A stretch of 64,000 bases of DNA from the NCBI GenBank assembly GCA_965215505.1, contig OZ244065.1:5536001-5600000 (forward strand). Direction: 5' to 3'. Made by a program: the position numbers and the translations under genes. This document shows, piece after piece, positions 36,592 to 46,634 of the stretch. Source of the stretch: Capsulimonadaceae bacterium. Lineage in GTDB: Bacteria; Armatimonadota; Armatimonadia; Armatimonadales; Capsulimonadaceae. The notes under the pieces were generated by a model. That model was not told where the DNA came from. It saw only the letters and a program-made list of their open reading frames with translations, and searched no databases. Position 1 is the stretch's first letter. Each line of letters begins with the position of its first letter.

Positions 36592-38640
36592 CTACGCCAG
36601 CAATTCCAGTCGCGCCTGCGTCCCCGCCGCCATCGCCTCAAACCACGCCCCCGTCGGGTCAACGAGCGGCAGCCACCAGGCCGTCGGGCGGAGCTGCGTG
36701 TGTTCCAAACCTTCAATCGTCAGGTAGGCGTCACGGACCAGATCGAGCCGCGCCATCTGCGCCTCCCGGACGATCTCCGCGATCCGAGTCCGCGCCGCCG
36801 TCGCCTCCGGCCCGCGCTCAAGCAGGCGGCGCTGGCGGCGGAACTCGGCCAGCAGGGAGCGCGTGGCGGCGATGCGCTCGCGGGCGGTCTCAATCGGCCC
36901 GTCGAAGGATTTGGCGCGGGCCGCGATCTGGCGCTCCGCTTCCCTCCGCCACGACTCGGCTTCCTTGCCGTCCGAACTCGCCTCCGCCTTCCGCAAGAGA
37001 GGCTGGACGTTCTGCCTCCAATCCTCGCCTTTGCGTCGCTCCAGATCCATCCGCTCGCGCCCCCAAACGGCGATCTCCCGCCGGTGTTCCTCGACTCGGC
37101 CGCGCAGCGTCTCACTGTGAGATGCGACCTCTTTCAGCGCCTTCAAGGCCGCATCGTACTCGTCACGGCGCTCGCACCAGCACAGATCGGCCTTGCCTTC
37201 CAGGAAGGTCAGCAGGTGGCGCGGGCTGGACAGGGCGCGCGACTCGCGCAGAGTCTGGCGGCACGATTCGATGACTTCGTGCCAGCGTCCGGCGAACTCG
37301 CGGGCCGAAACCGTCTCAGCCCCGAAAGCCGCCGCCAGATGCGGCGGCAGGCGCAGGGCGGTCCCGTCGGGGGCGGACGCCAGAGCGTCCCAGGTGGGGT
37401 AGGTCAGCCTGACGATCGGGTAGAGCGTCTGCGCCAGCCCGTGCTTCGCCAGCGAGGCGTTCATCGCCTGCGTCGCGGAGGTGTAGGCCGAAGCCGTCTC
37501 GTGGAAGACGACCAGATGCTCCTCGGCGATCATGTTCGCCAGTGTCACCGCCTTGCCGACCAGGACCACGTCGGGGCCGAAATGCGCTTCTGTCACGGCG
37601 GCGAGCTGTCCCAGCGTCGTGATCCGCCCCTGCACCGGCACGAATATCTCCTGTGGGGCTGTCTCGATGACCAGCGCGGCGGGCGTCGTGCGGATCGTGC
37701 CGCGCCCGACGCCGGGGATGACCAGGTCGAAGGGGATCGCGCCCGCCCCGAAAGCATCCAGGGTGTACATGCCTAGCCCCGCCACCGACTTGTCGTAGGC
37801 CCGGCGTGCGACCGGGCGCGTTTCCGGATCGAGGAACAGGCCGACGAGACGGAAACGGGGCAGGGCGCAGGTGGCACGGTTGAACTGGAAAAGTGAGGTG
37901 GAGGCGGTCGTCTGGAGGTCGCGGGCCGGTTCGCCCAGCAGGAGCGCGTAGAAGCGCGGCAGGAGGGTCTGGTACAGGTCGGACAGCCGACACGAGTCGC
38001 TGCATGTTTCCAGGAACTCCAGCACCCAGCCGCGCACCTGCGCCGCCGTTCCCGCTGCATGAGCGCGCGTCTTCTCGTCCGCCAGACAGGCGATGCTCTC
38101 CGCGAAGCCCCAGTCGAGCTGTTCCAGCAGGGCGTCCTGGATGTCCCGGATGGGGATGTCGTGGGCGATGACGCTGTGCGACTCGGTGTGGACGATGCCG
38201 CGCCAGCCCCACGCCGTCGTCTTGTCGGCGTAAAGCCGGCTCTTGCCGCCGGGATACGTCTTGCCCAGCCAGTCGAAGGGGACGCCGTGAGACAGGAACA
38301 TCGCGCGCGTCGGGACGCTCTCGCTGCCTAGCAGGGACGACAACTCGCCCGCCGCGCTCCATAGGTCGCGCGTCTTGCCGTCGTCATGGGGCAGCGCGAC
38401 GTAAGGCTTGTCGTCCCCGACGTGGGCCGACGTCTTGGCGAAGTAGTCCGTGTCGTGGACGCCTGCGATCAGCGTCGCGCCGGGCAGGTGGGAGTCGAGC
38501 AGGCGCCGCCAGACCGCCTTGGCCGGCTCGTCCCAGAAGACGGTCTGGCCCAGGGCGAGAAACGGCACGTCCGGGTGGCGCTCGCGGATCGTATCCAGCG
38601 CGCTCAGGACGGACGGGTCGGCGGCGGTCGGGGAAGGCAT
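36592..38640 (-). CDS. Hypothetical protein, possibly a distant BshC-like ligase with coiled coil
   Basis: 682-aa ORF; LGQTVFWDEPAK, VHDTDY, FHETASAY motifs and long C-terminal coiled coil. Confidence 0.6.
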   Translation of the reverse strand: MPSPTAADPSVLSALDTIRERHPDVPFLALGQTVFWDEPAKAVWRRLLDSHLPGATLIAGVHDTDYFAKTSAHVGDDKPYVALPHDDGKTRDLWSAAGELSSLLGSESVPTRAMFLSHGVPFDWLGKTYPGGKSRLYADKTTAWGWRGIVHTESHSVIAHDIPIRDIQDALLEQLDWGFAESIACLADEKTRAHAAGTAAQVRGWVLEFLETCSDSCRLSDLYQTLLPRFYALLLGEPARDLQTTASTSLFQFNRATCALPRFRLVGLFLDPETRPVARRAYDKSVAGLGMYTLDAFGAGAIPFDLVIPGVGRGTIRTTPAALVIETAPQEIFVPVQGRITTLGQLAAVTEAHFGPDVVLVGKAVTLANMIAEEHLVVFHETASAYTSATQAMNASLAKHGLAQTLYPIVRLTYPTWDALASAPDGTALRLPPHLAAAFGAETVSAREFAGRWHEVIESCRQTLRESRALSSPRHLLTFLEGKADLCWCERRDEYDAALKALKEVASHSETLRGRVEEHRREIAVWGRERMDLERRKGEDWRQNVQPLLRKAEASSDGKEAESWRREAERQIAARAKSFDGPIETARERIAATRSLLAEFRRQRRLLERGPEATAARTRIAEIVREAQMARLDLVRDAYLTIEGLEHTQLRPTAWWLPLVDPTGAWFEAMAAGTQARLELLA

Positions 38641-38814
38641 GAGTGAACTCCAGCGAGAAAAGCAGTCGGGTAAAGTATACCCAATATCCAGGCGCGGGTG
38701 GGCCAATGGCGGAATGCCGTCTGCGGGACACTGGTTCCCGGCCTTGCGAACAGGCCGGCAAGTGAGGTATCCTAACAGGCGAAAACAGAACACACCGAGG
38801 AACCTTGCCCACTC

Positions 38815-40134
38815 ATGGTTGATATCCTGCCGTTCAGCGGCGTCCGCTACGATCCCGCCGGCGCAGGCTGGGATTTGTCCGTCTTGGTCGCGCCCCCCTA
38901 TGACGTCATTTCGCCCGCCGAGCAGGCCGCGCTTTACGAGAAGCACCCCGCCAACGTCGTGCGGCTCATTCTGGGGCGCGAGGAAGACAAATACGCCCAG
39001 GCCGCCCGGCTGTTCCGGGAATGGCTGTCATCGGGCGTGCTGAAGGCCGACGATGAGCCTGCGCTCTACGTCTACCATCAGACCTTTGCCGACCCGGCCA
39101 CGGGCGAGCCGGCCCCGGAGCGGATGGGGCTGGTCTGCCTGCTGAAGCTGGAAGACTACAGCACGGGCCGCGTCTTGCCGCACGAGAAGACCCTGACCGG
39201 GCCGAAGGCCGACCGCCTGGAACTGCTCCGGGCGACGGAAGCGCAGTTTGAGTCCATCTACGGCCTGTACTCGGACCCCGACCGGTCCATCGAATCCTTC
39301 CTGGACGAGTACGACGACCGCGAGACGGTCATCGAGCGCGTGGACGGGCTGATCGGCTCCTCGCACCGCGTTGAGCGGATCACGGACACGAACGCCCACG
39401 CCGTCCTGCGCGACCTGCTGGCCGACACGCCCGTTTTCATCGCCGACGGGCACCACCGGTACGAAACCGCGCTGACGTACCGCCGCGAGGTCCGTGCCGC
39501 ACACCCCGAAATCGCCGAAGACACGCCGCTCCCCGCCGATTACATCCTGATCACACTGACGGCCTTTGAAGATGAGGGCCTGCTGGTGCTGCCGACGCAC
39601 CGGCTCATCAGGAACGTGCCGCCGGAGAAGATCGCCGCCCTGCCGGACGCATTGGCCGCGCGCTTCACGCTTTCGGGCAGCTCGCCGGACACCATGGAAG
39701 CCGAGATCGCCACCCAGGCGGAGGCCGGCAAGGTCGCCTTCGGCGTCGTCCTGCCGCCGGGGACCGTACACCTCGCCGTGCTGAATGAGGCGGTAAGCCC
39801 TGATCTGCCTGCCGCCGCGCGCCTGCCGGTGACCCTGCTGGGGAGCCTCATCCTGGAGCCGTGCTTGGGCATTGACGCCGCCGCCGTGGCTGGTGGGGGA
39901 CAGGTTTCCTACACGCGCGAACTGACTGAGGCCGTCGCCGCCGTTGAACGCGGCGAGGCGCAGGCCGCCTTCCTGCTGGGCCGCCCTACCGTCCAGGAGA
40001 TCAAGGAGGTGTCGCTGGCGGGGGATGTGATGCCGCAGAAGTCCACGTTCTTTTTCCCAAAGCTGCTGTCCGGCCTGGTCCTGCGCGACCTGAAGGCGGA
40101 CGACCCGGCGGAGGCACTGTCGCCCGATGCTTAA
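38815..40134 (+). CDS. DUF1015 family protein
   Basis: PPYDVI, PHEKT, IADGHHRYE, MPQKSTFFFPK. Confidence 0.92.
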   Translation: MVDILPFSGVRYDPAGAGWDLSVLVAPPYDVISPAEQAALYEKHPANVVRLILGREEDKYAQAARLFREWLSSGVLKADDEPALYVYHQTFADPATGEPAPERMGLVCLLKLEDYSTGRVLPHEKTLTGPKADRLELLRATEAQFESIYGLYSDPDRSIESFLDEYDDRETVIERVDGLIGSSHRVERITDTNAHAVLRDLLADTPVFIADGHHRYETALTYRREVRAAHPEIAEDTPLPADYILITLTAFEDEGLLVLPTHRLIRNVPPEKIAALPDALAARFTLSGSSPDTMEAEIATQAEAGKVAFGVVLPPGTVHLAVLNEAVSPDLPAAARLPVTLLGSLILEPCLGIDAAAVAGGGQVSYTRELTEAVAAVERGEAQAAFLLGRPTVQEIKEVSLAGDVMPQKSTFFFPKLLSGLVLRDLKADDPAEALSPDA

Positions 40135-40975
40135 CCGCGTGTTCGCGCTCCTCTGCGGCATCCCTTTCCTGCTGAGTGCCGCCCACGCCGCCCCGCCCAA
40201 AGCGCCGGCAGCGCCGCCCAAGCCTGCCCTGCCTGCGTCCAAAGCCAGGGCGCAGGTGCAGGCGGCCCGGAAGATGCTGCCGGAAGCCTTTTACGACTCG
40301 CCGAACTTCCCGGAACGCTACCGCCCCTACATGACCCTGCTCGGCAAGGACGAGTATGAGCAGGAGCGCGGCTACAAGTTCAACAAGATCATCCGGGGCG
40401 ACATCCGCAAGCAGCGCATTGCCCTGACCTTCGACGACGGCCCGCACCCTGTCTACACCTTGCAGCTTCTGGACATCCTGCGCCGCACCCACACGCCCGC
40501 CACGTTCTTCGTCGTCGGCCGGCAGGTGGAGAAGAACCCGGCCCTGGTCCAGCTCGAAGTCGCCGAGGGCCACGAGATCGGCAACCACACCTACGACCAC
40601 GTCAACCTGACCCTGATCCCGCCCGAGCTGATCGCCTACGAGCTGGACCAGTGCGACGCAGCCATCAAGAAGGCGACCGGGTCGTCCGCCCGCTTCTTCC
40701 GCCCGCCCGGCGGCGACTACAACGGGGACGTACTCCGGGACGTCGCCCAGCGCGGCTACATCACGACCCTCTGGACCAACGACCCCGGCGACTTCCAGAA
40801 GCCCCCCGCCGACGTCATCCTGAAGCGCAGCCTGGAACACCTGGAGAACGGGGCCATCATCCTGATGCACGACGGCATCCCGCAGACCTTGCAGATCCTG
40901 CCGCAGTTCATTGAAGAGGCCCGCCGCCGCGGCTACCAGTTCGTCACCATCAGCCAGCTCGCGCGGGACTACTAG
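40127..40975 (+). CDS. Polysaccharide deacetylase (CE4/NodB)
   Basis: TFDDGP, GNHTYDH, RPPGG, ILMHD; signal peptide. Confidence 0.93.
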   Translation: MLNRVFALLCGIPFLLSAAHAAPPKAPAAPPKPALPASKARAQVQAARKMLPEAFYDSPNFPERYRPYMTLLGKDEYEQERGYKFNKIIRGDIRKQRIALTFDDGPHPVYTLQLLDILRRTHTPATFFVVGRQVEKNPALVQLEVAEGHEIGNHTYDHVNLTLIPPELIAYELDQCDAAIKKATGSSARFFRPPGGDYNGDVLRDVAQRGYITTLWTNDPGDFQKPPADVILKRSLEHLENGAIILMHDGIPQTLQILPQFIEEARRRGYQFVTISQLARDY

Positions 40976-40983
40976 AGGCCGCT

Positions 40984-41373
40984 TTGCCCGATCATCTCCT
41001 CAGACAGTGTCTCCTCGTCGGGGCGGGCGGGTTTCTTGGGGCCGTCGCGCGATTCCTGCTGAACGTCTGGGCCACGGGACGCTACGGGAATCAGTTCCCC
41101 TGGGCGACGTTCGGGATCAACGTCAGCGGCTCGTTCCTGCTCGGCCTGCTGATGACTCTGTTCCTCGCGCGGTTTCTCAGCGACCCCTGGCGATTGTTCC
41201 TCATGGTCGGCTTCCTCGGGGCGTATACGACGTTTTCCACCTTCGAGTACGACTCGGCCCGCCTGGGCCTGTCCTGGGCCGCCCTCGGCAACCTGCTGGG
41301 CAGCGTGGCGGCTGGGTATGGGGCGGTCTGGCTCGGCATCCGTCTCGGTGAGGCATGGCCGCACGGCAGCTAG
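40984..41373 (+). CDS. crcB: Fluoride channel Fluc/CrcB
   Basis: GGFLGAVARF, INVSGSF, GFLGAYTTFSTF. Confidence 0.92.
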   Translation: MPDHLLRQCLLVGAGGFLGAVARFLLNVWATGRYGNQFPWATFGINVSGSFLLGLLMTLFLARFLSDPWRLFLMVGFLGAYTTFSTFEYDSARLGLSWAALGNLLGSVAAGYGAVWLGIRLGEAWPHGS

Positions 41374-41454
41374 GTTTAGCGCTCGCCCGCTTGTTGGAAA
41401 GTCTTGCTGAACGACAGTTTTGGAGACGACACGGCCCTGTAAAGGACACCAACG

Positions 41455-42345
41455 ATGGCACAAAGGCTGACACTCAACGACCTCGACCACCTCTCTACGG
41501 GCAAGCGGCTCCGCCTGCACCGACTGATGTACCAGTCCGGCCCCGGCAATGGGACCCTGCTGCTGCTGCCGATTGACCAGGGCCTGGAACACGGCCCGCG
41601 TGACTTCTTCGCGAACCCCGACTCGGCGGACCCTAACTTCCAGTTCAAGCTGGCGATTGAGGGCAAGTACTCCGGCATCGCCTTGCAGTACGGGCTGGCC
41701 GAGAAGTACATGCGGAACTATGCCGGTCACATCCCCCTCATCGTCAAGCTGAACGGCAAGACGGAAATCCCCTCCGATGCCGAGTCTTTTTCCTCGTGCC
41801 TTGCTTCTGTCGCCGATGCCGTCGCCCTTGGCGCGGACGCCGTCGGGTACACGCTGTACGTCGGCTCGCCCGCCCAGGACCGCGACTTCGCGCAGTGGGC
41901 CGAAGTCCGGCGCGAGGCGGAGCGTCTGGGCATCCCGACCATCATCTGGGCCTACCCGCGCGGCGAGGCGGTGGAAGCCAAGGGCGGCAAGGAGAGCGTC
42001 TGGGCCATAGACTATGCCGCCCGCGTGGCGACCGAAGTGGGGGCGGACGTGGTCAAGATCAACTTCCCCACCCATAGCCCCTCCGCCGGCTCGCCCAAGC
42101 CCTATGACACGATGGCGTTCAGTCCGCAGGACGCCATAGACCGGGTAGTCAAGTCGGCGGGCAAGACCCTGGTGCTGATCTCCGGCGGCGAGAAGGAGCC
42201 GGACGACGAGCTGCTGGAAAAGGCGCGGCACTCGTTCAACGCGGGCGCGACGGGCCTGATCTTCGGGCGGAACACCTGGCAGCGGCCCTATGACGACGCC
42301 CTGAAGCTGATGGGCGAGCTGCGCGAGATCGCGCTGAAGGCCTGA
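41455..42345 (+). CDS. fbaB: Class I fructose-bisphosphate aldolase (DhnA/FbaB type)
   Basis: LPIDQGLEHGP, WAYPRG, GADVVK, GLIFGRN. Confidence 0.88.
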   Translation: MAQRLTLNDLDHLSTGKRLRLHRLMYQSGPGNGTLLLLPIDQGLEHGPRDFFANPDSADPNFQFKLAIEGKYSGIALQYGLAEKYMRNYAGHIPLIVKLNGKTEIPSDAESFSSCLASVADAVALGADAVGYTLYVGSPAQDRDFAQWAEVRREAERLGIPTIIWAYPRGEAVEAKGGKESVWAIDYAARVATEVGADVVKINFPTHSPSAGSPKPYDTMAFSPQDAIDRVVKSAGKTLVLISGGEKEPDDELLEKARHSFNAGATGLIFGRNTWQRPYDDALKLMGELREIALKA

Positions 42346-42356
42346 CGCGGCCTTGG

Positions 42357-42390
42357 AAAGCCTCGGCACCCCCGGTGCCGGGGCTTTTTT
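42357..42390 (+). terminator. Intrinsic (possibly bidirectional) terminator
   Basis: AAAGCCTCGGCACC-CCC-GGTGCCGGGGCTTTTTT. Confidence 0.85.
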
Positions 42391-42395
42391 GGCGT

Positions 42396-42424
42396 TTGAC
42401 ATCCGCCCCGATCTGCGTTATAAT
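42396..42424 (+). promoter_or_regulatory. Perfect consensus sigma70 promoter
   Basis: TTGACA-17 nt-TATAAT upstream of the LCP gene. Confidence 0.85.
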
Positions 42425-42502
42425 CTGTTAGCCCTCCTACCGGCCACTTCATATCATCATTCTCATCATAAACATCCATCCGACCGGAGATCACACGCCG
42501 AC

Positions 42503-43555
42503 ATGACTCAACCCCCACGCCGCCCCGTCAAGCCCCGACGGTCCGCCCGCCGCTCGCCCGCCCAGAAGGCCGGGAAGCTTTTCGGCGTTCTCACCCTCCT
42601 GACCCTAACCGCCGCCTCCGTCTACGGCGGCTATCTTTACCGCACCACCGGCTGGATGCCCAAGTACCTCCCCGGCATCCTGCACCCGAAGACCGTCGCC
42701 GACGTTTTCCCGCACCAGCAGGCGCTCAACCTGATGGTGATCGGGCGTGACCGCGACTACGACGACCGCACGGATCAGGTCCTCAAGACCCGCGCCCGGT
42801 CGGACATGCTGATGGTCGCCCACCTGGACTTCGACAAGAAGACCGTCGCGCTGCTTTCCATCCCGCGCGACACGCGCGCCCATATCCCCGGCTACGGCGG
42901 CGTGACCAAGATCAACGCCGCCCACCAGAAGGGCGGCCCGCGCCTGTCCGAGCAGACGGTTCAGGAGAACTTTGGCATCCCGAGCGACAAATACATCGCG
43001 CTGGACTTCGACGGGTTCGAGCAGGCCATCGACATCCTGGGCGGCGTGGACCTCGCCGTGGACAAGAAGATGGACTACGACGACAACTGGGGGCACCTGC
43101 ACATCCACCTGAAGCCGGGGATGCAGCACCTGGACGGGAAGCAGGCGATGGGCTTCGTGCGTTTCCGCCACTCCGACAGCGACCTCGTCCGCACCCGCCG
43201 CCAGCAGGCCCTCATCGCCGCCCTGAAGACGAAGCTGCGCGAGCCGTCGGCGCTGGCGAAGATCGGGCCGCTCCTGGACACCATAGACCGGCATGTGGAC
43301 AGCGACCTGACCACGGACCAGAAGGTCGCGGTCGCACGGTTCGTCCACGACACGCCGCGCGAGCAGGTCCGCATGGACACGCTGCCCTCGCGGCCCGTCG
43401 GCAACGACGTGGCGACGGACTGGCCGCACGCCGCCCCCATGATCCGTCGCATCTTCGGCGTCGCGCCCAGCCAGGTGGTCGCCGACGCAGCCGGGAGCGG
43501 GCATCGCAAGCGCCACCGCCGCCGCCATGCCGTCCGGGTGGCCGCCCTCCCGTGA
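42503..43555 (+). CDS. LytR-CpsA-Psr (LCP) family protein
   Basis: RSDMLM, SIPRDT, KINAA, FVRFRH, RTRRQQ. Confidence 0.93.
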   Translation: MTQPPRRPVKPRRSARRSPAQKAGKLFGVLTLLTLTAASVYGGYLYRTTGWMPKYLPGILHPKTVADVFPHQQALNLMVIGRDRDYDDRTDQVLKTRARSDMLMVAHLDFDKKTVALLSIPRDTRAHIPGYGGVTKINAAHQKGGPRLSEQTVQENFGIPSDKYIALDFDGFEQAIDILGGVDLAVDKKMDYDDNWGHLHIHLKPGMQHLDGKQAMGFVRFRHSDSDLVRTRRQQALIAALKTKLREPSALAKIGPLLDTIDRHVDSDLTTDQKVAVARFVHDTPREQVRMDTLPSRPVGNDVATDWPHAAPMIRRIFGVAPSQVVADAAGSGHRKRHRRRHAVRVAALP

Positions 43556-44637
43556 CCAGCCCCGTCCGCGTCCTGGAGGTCGTCCGCCCCGCCCAAGGCG
43601 GCATCCGCCAGCACGTCCTCAATCTGGTGGACGGGATGGACCCCGCCCTGGTCACACTCTCGGTGGCCGCCCCGCCCGCGTTCGTGCGCGAGGTGCTGGC
43701 CCATCCGGGCCTGCACGCGACAATCCCGCTGGACATCGCCGCCCGGCTGTCGGTCGCCCGTGACCTTCTGGCCGCGCGGCGGCTCGCCCGCGTCCTGCCG
43801 CAGTTCGCCGAGGTCGTCCACGCCCACGGCGCGCGGGCGGCCTGGGTGGCGGCACTCGCCCACCGGCACCGCCCGTTCCCGCTGGTCTTCACCGCCCACA
43901 ACCTGATCGGGCGCGACCTGCCCTCGCGCCTGGGCATTCCCTTCATCGGCTTCCACTGTACGCGCGTCCTCGCCGTCTCCCCCTCGGTCGCCGACAGCCT
44001 CGCCGCCTGCGGCGTGCCGCGCGCCAAGATCGAGGTCATCCCGAACGGCATTGACCTGGGCCACTTCGAGACGCCGGTGGCGGACCGAGCCGCCGCCCGC
44101 AAGACGCTGGCCGCACCCGAAAACGCCTTCGTGGTCGCCGCCGCCGCCCGGCTTTCCCGCGAGAAGGGCCTGGACATCCTCCTTTCCGCCGCAGGCCAGC
44201 GCGCCGGGATGACGTTCCTCATTGCCGGTGACGGCCCGCTGAAATCCGCGCTCGCCCACAAACTGCCGTCCAACGCCAAACTGCTGGGCCGCCTGGCCGA
44301 CGTGCGCCCCCTGCTGGCCGCCGCCGACGTCTTCGCCGTGCCCTCCCGCCGCGAAGGGCAGGGGATGGCCGCGCTGGAGGCGATGGCCGCCGGTGTCCCG
44401 CTCGTCGCCGCCCGCGTCGGCGGCCTGGCCGACATGCTGGCCGACGGCGAGACGGCCCTTCTGGTCCCTCCTGACGACCCGGACGCCCTGGCCGCCGCCC
44501 TCAGCCGCCTCCAGAGCGACACCCGCCTGCGCCAGAAGTTGGTCGTGAACGCCCGCGCCCTCGTCCGCGAGCGCTACAACCTGCGCGCGATGCTTGATGC
44601 AGTGGCGGAGGTCTACCAGGAAGTGGCATCAGGCTAA
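43552..44637 (+). CDS. GT4 glycosyltransferase
   Basis: HAHG, IPNGID, PSRREGQGMAALEAMA. Confidence 0.92.
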   Translation: MTSPVRVLEVVRPAQGGIRQHVLNLVDGMDPALVTLSVAAPPAFVREVLAHPGLHATIPLDIAARLSVARDLLAARRLARVLPQFAEVVHAHGARAAWVAALAHRHRPFPLVFTAHNLIGRDLPSRLGIPFIGFHCTRVLAVSPSVADSLAACGVPRAKIEVIPNGIDLGHFETPVADRAAARKTLAAPENAFVVAAAARLSREKGLDILLSAAGQRAGMTFLIAGDGPLKSALAHKLPSNAKLLGRLADVRPLLAAADVFAVPSRREGQGMAALEAMAAGVPLVAARVGGLADMLADGETALLVPPDDPDALAAALSRLQSDTRLRQKLVVNARALVRERYNLRAMLDAVAEVYQEVASG

Positions 44638-45064
44638 TTGTGATCTAGTTTCGGTCATGAGGTGACCATTTCTAAGATGTTCGAGTTTTTACGTCGGTTG
44701 TTTAGCAGAAAAGCCATCCTAACTTTGACGCGCATCAGGCCGGTTGGAGATGCGCTCGATGTTATGCCAGGACAGTTCGGCCAATCCATGCGAACCGCTG
44801 TCTCAGCCATAAACCTAGTTCATCAAGACGGGCAATTGCCTGTAATCCCGGTCACACGCGACTTCTTTCGTGATCGGCATGGACAATTCTCTGTCCGTTC
44901 GGGAACGATCTCTGTCCAGATCAACTTAGTAGGGCCCCATCCCGAATTCACCACTGTGCATGAGATTGGACACTTCCTAGACCACAGCGGCTTGGGTATG
45001 ACCTTTCCCCCAAAAACTGTACCATTCGCAAGGTGAGTATTGACCCGAAAGGTAGAATACTCGA

Positions 45065-45331
45065 ATGCAGAAGAGCCAGTTCACCGACGCGCAGATCGTC
45101 GCCATCTTGCAGCAGGCCGAGAAGGGCGAACAGACTATCGCCGAAGTCTGCCGCCAGCACAACGTCTCCGAGAACAGCTTCTACCGCTGGCGCTCGCGCT
45201 TCGGCAGTGCGACCGTCAATGAAGCCGCCCGCCTGCGCGAGCTGGAAAAAGAGAACGCCCGCCTCAAGCGCCTGCTCGCCGAGCGCGACCTGGAGGTCGA
45301 CATCATCAAGGAGATCCTGCAAAAAAAGTAG
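45065..45331 (+). CDS. IS3 OrfA (HTH)
   Basis: FTDAQI..VCRQHNVSENSFYRWR..LRELEKENARLK; ends at an A-AAA-AAG slippery site. Confidence 0.93.
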   Translation: MQKSQFTDAQIVAILQQAEKGEQTIAEVCRQHNVSENSFYRWRSRFGSATVNEAARLRELEKENARLKRLLAERDLEVDIIKEILQKK

Positions 45332-45366
45332 CCGAGGCCGCCGACCCGCTGGCCGAGGGGCGCGCG

Positions 45367-46188
45367 GTGGTCTCGCAGGCGGTGGAGCGCGGCCTCTCAC
45401 AGCGCCAAGCCTGCCGCCTGGCGAAAATCTCGCGTTCCAGCGCCCGCTACCAGGCGCACCCGCGTGACGACCAGCCGCTCCGGGAGCAGCTTGAGCGGAT
45501 CAAGCGGAAGCACCCGCGCTTCGGCATCCCGCGCGCCCACGCGCTCTTGCGGGCGGGCGGCCACCTCGTCAACCGCAAGCGCGTGGAGCGCGTCTGGCGA
45601 AAGAGCGGCCTGCAAGTGCCGCAGTGCCCGAAGAAGCGCAAGGTCAGGGCGGGGCGGCGCGTGCCCTGCCAGGCGGAGCACCCCGACCACGTCTGGAGCT
45701 ACGACTTCCAGGAGGACGGGCTGCTCTCTGGTCGCAAGATCCGCCTGCTGAACATCCTGGACGAGTTCACGCGCGAGTGGCTGTCCGTGACGGTGGGCGT
45801 GTCCCTGACCAGCGGGGCAGTGCTTGCCGCCTTGAAGCCGTTGTTCGCTGTGCGCGGCGTCCCGCGCTTCGTCCGCAGCGACAACGGTCCCGAGTTCATC
45901 GCGGGCGAGGTCCAGAGCCTGCTTTCGAGCAGCGGCTCCGCGCCGCACTACATCGACCCTGGCTGCCCGTGGCAGAACGGGTTCCAGGAGAGCTTCCACG
46001 GCAAACTGCGCGACGAGTTGCTTGACCGCGAGGTCTTCGCCTCGGTTCAGGACGCCCAGGTGCGGCTGGGAGCGCATCGGCTCTGGTACAATGAGGAGCG
46101 TCCGCACAGCAGCCTGAAGTATGTGCCGCCCGCCGCGTATGCGCGGGCCTGGCAACGGGAGCAGGCGGAAAAGAAGCCGCCCGGCTAG
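45367..46188 (+). CDS. IS3 OrfB DDE transposase (-1 frame)
   Basis: WSYDF, RSDNGPEF, PWQNGFQESFHG, YNEERPHSSL. Confidence 0.93.
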   Translation: MVSQAVERGLSQRQACRLAKISRSSARYQAHPRDDQPLREQLERIKRKHPRFGIPRAHALLRAGGHLVNRKRVERVWRKSGLQVPQCPKKRKVRAGRRVPCQAEHPDHVWSYDFQEDGLLSGRKIRLLNILDEFTREWLSVTVGVSLTSGAVLAALKPLFAVRGVPRFVRSDNGPEFIAGEVQSLLSSSGSAPHYIDPGCPWQNGFQESFHGKLRDELLDREVFASVQDAQVRLGAHRLWYNEERPHSSLKYVPPAAYARAWQREQAEKKPPG

Positions 46189-46634
46189 ACAACAGAAGCG
46201 CTCACTCTGCCCGTGGTACATAAAACGGGGGAAACGTCAGGTAGACCAGGCGAGTGGGCTTCGGAGACGCCTGGTGTACTCGATCAATGGCGTGATGCTG
46301 TCAGAGGCACTTGGGGCATCCAGCGCCTCTTGCCTCTACTTCAAACAGGTGTAGATCGGACGAGTGAGATGTTACCGGATGGAACTGTGGTAGAATATGA
46401 AGTAGACCAAGTCTATCTGCATTACCTGCTTGAGCCACGCGAGTTATGGGCACGCTGTTATGCACAATTCATCGCTGTACAAAGCGGCGACCCCGACTTA
46501 TCGCTTCAGCTAAATAGCCTCCGAGACAGGCCTGTGCGGACTTTTTATTATGGTGAGCAATGGGATGAGGATGATTTTCGCCCCATCCAGTCGAGTATCG
46601 AGGTCGCTTTCCGTTCTTTCAAGTGGATGTAAAA

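Larger units (their letters stand above)
44999..46239 (+). mobile_element. IS3-family insertion sequence, 1241 bp
   Basis: IRL TGACCTTTCCCCCAAAAACTGTACCA, IRR (reverse complement) TGACGTTTCCCCCGTTTTATGTACCA; 4-bp TSD GGTA at 44995-44998 and 46240-46243. Confidence 0.95.
44662..46632 (+). pseudogene. HExxH zincin (LPD1-like) gene interrupted by IS3
   Basis: Removing the IS and one GGTA restores the frame: HEIGHFLDHSGLG-RPGEWAS...ELWARCYAQ. Confidence 0.85.

Noticed and set aside
40976-40983. Fluoride riboswitch before crcB (likewise SAM before metF, Moco before mogA)
   Set aside because: Intergenic gaps are too short or lack recognisable consensus.
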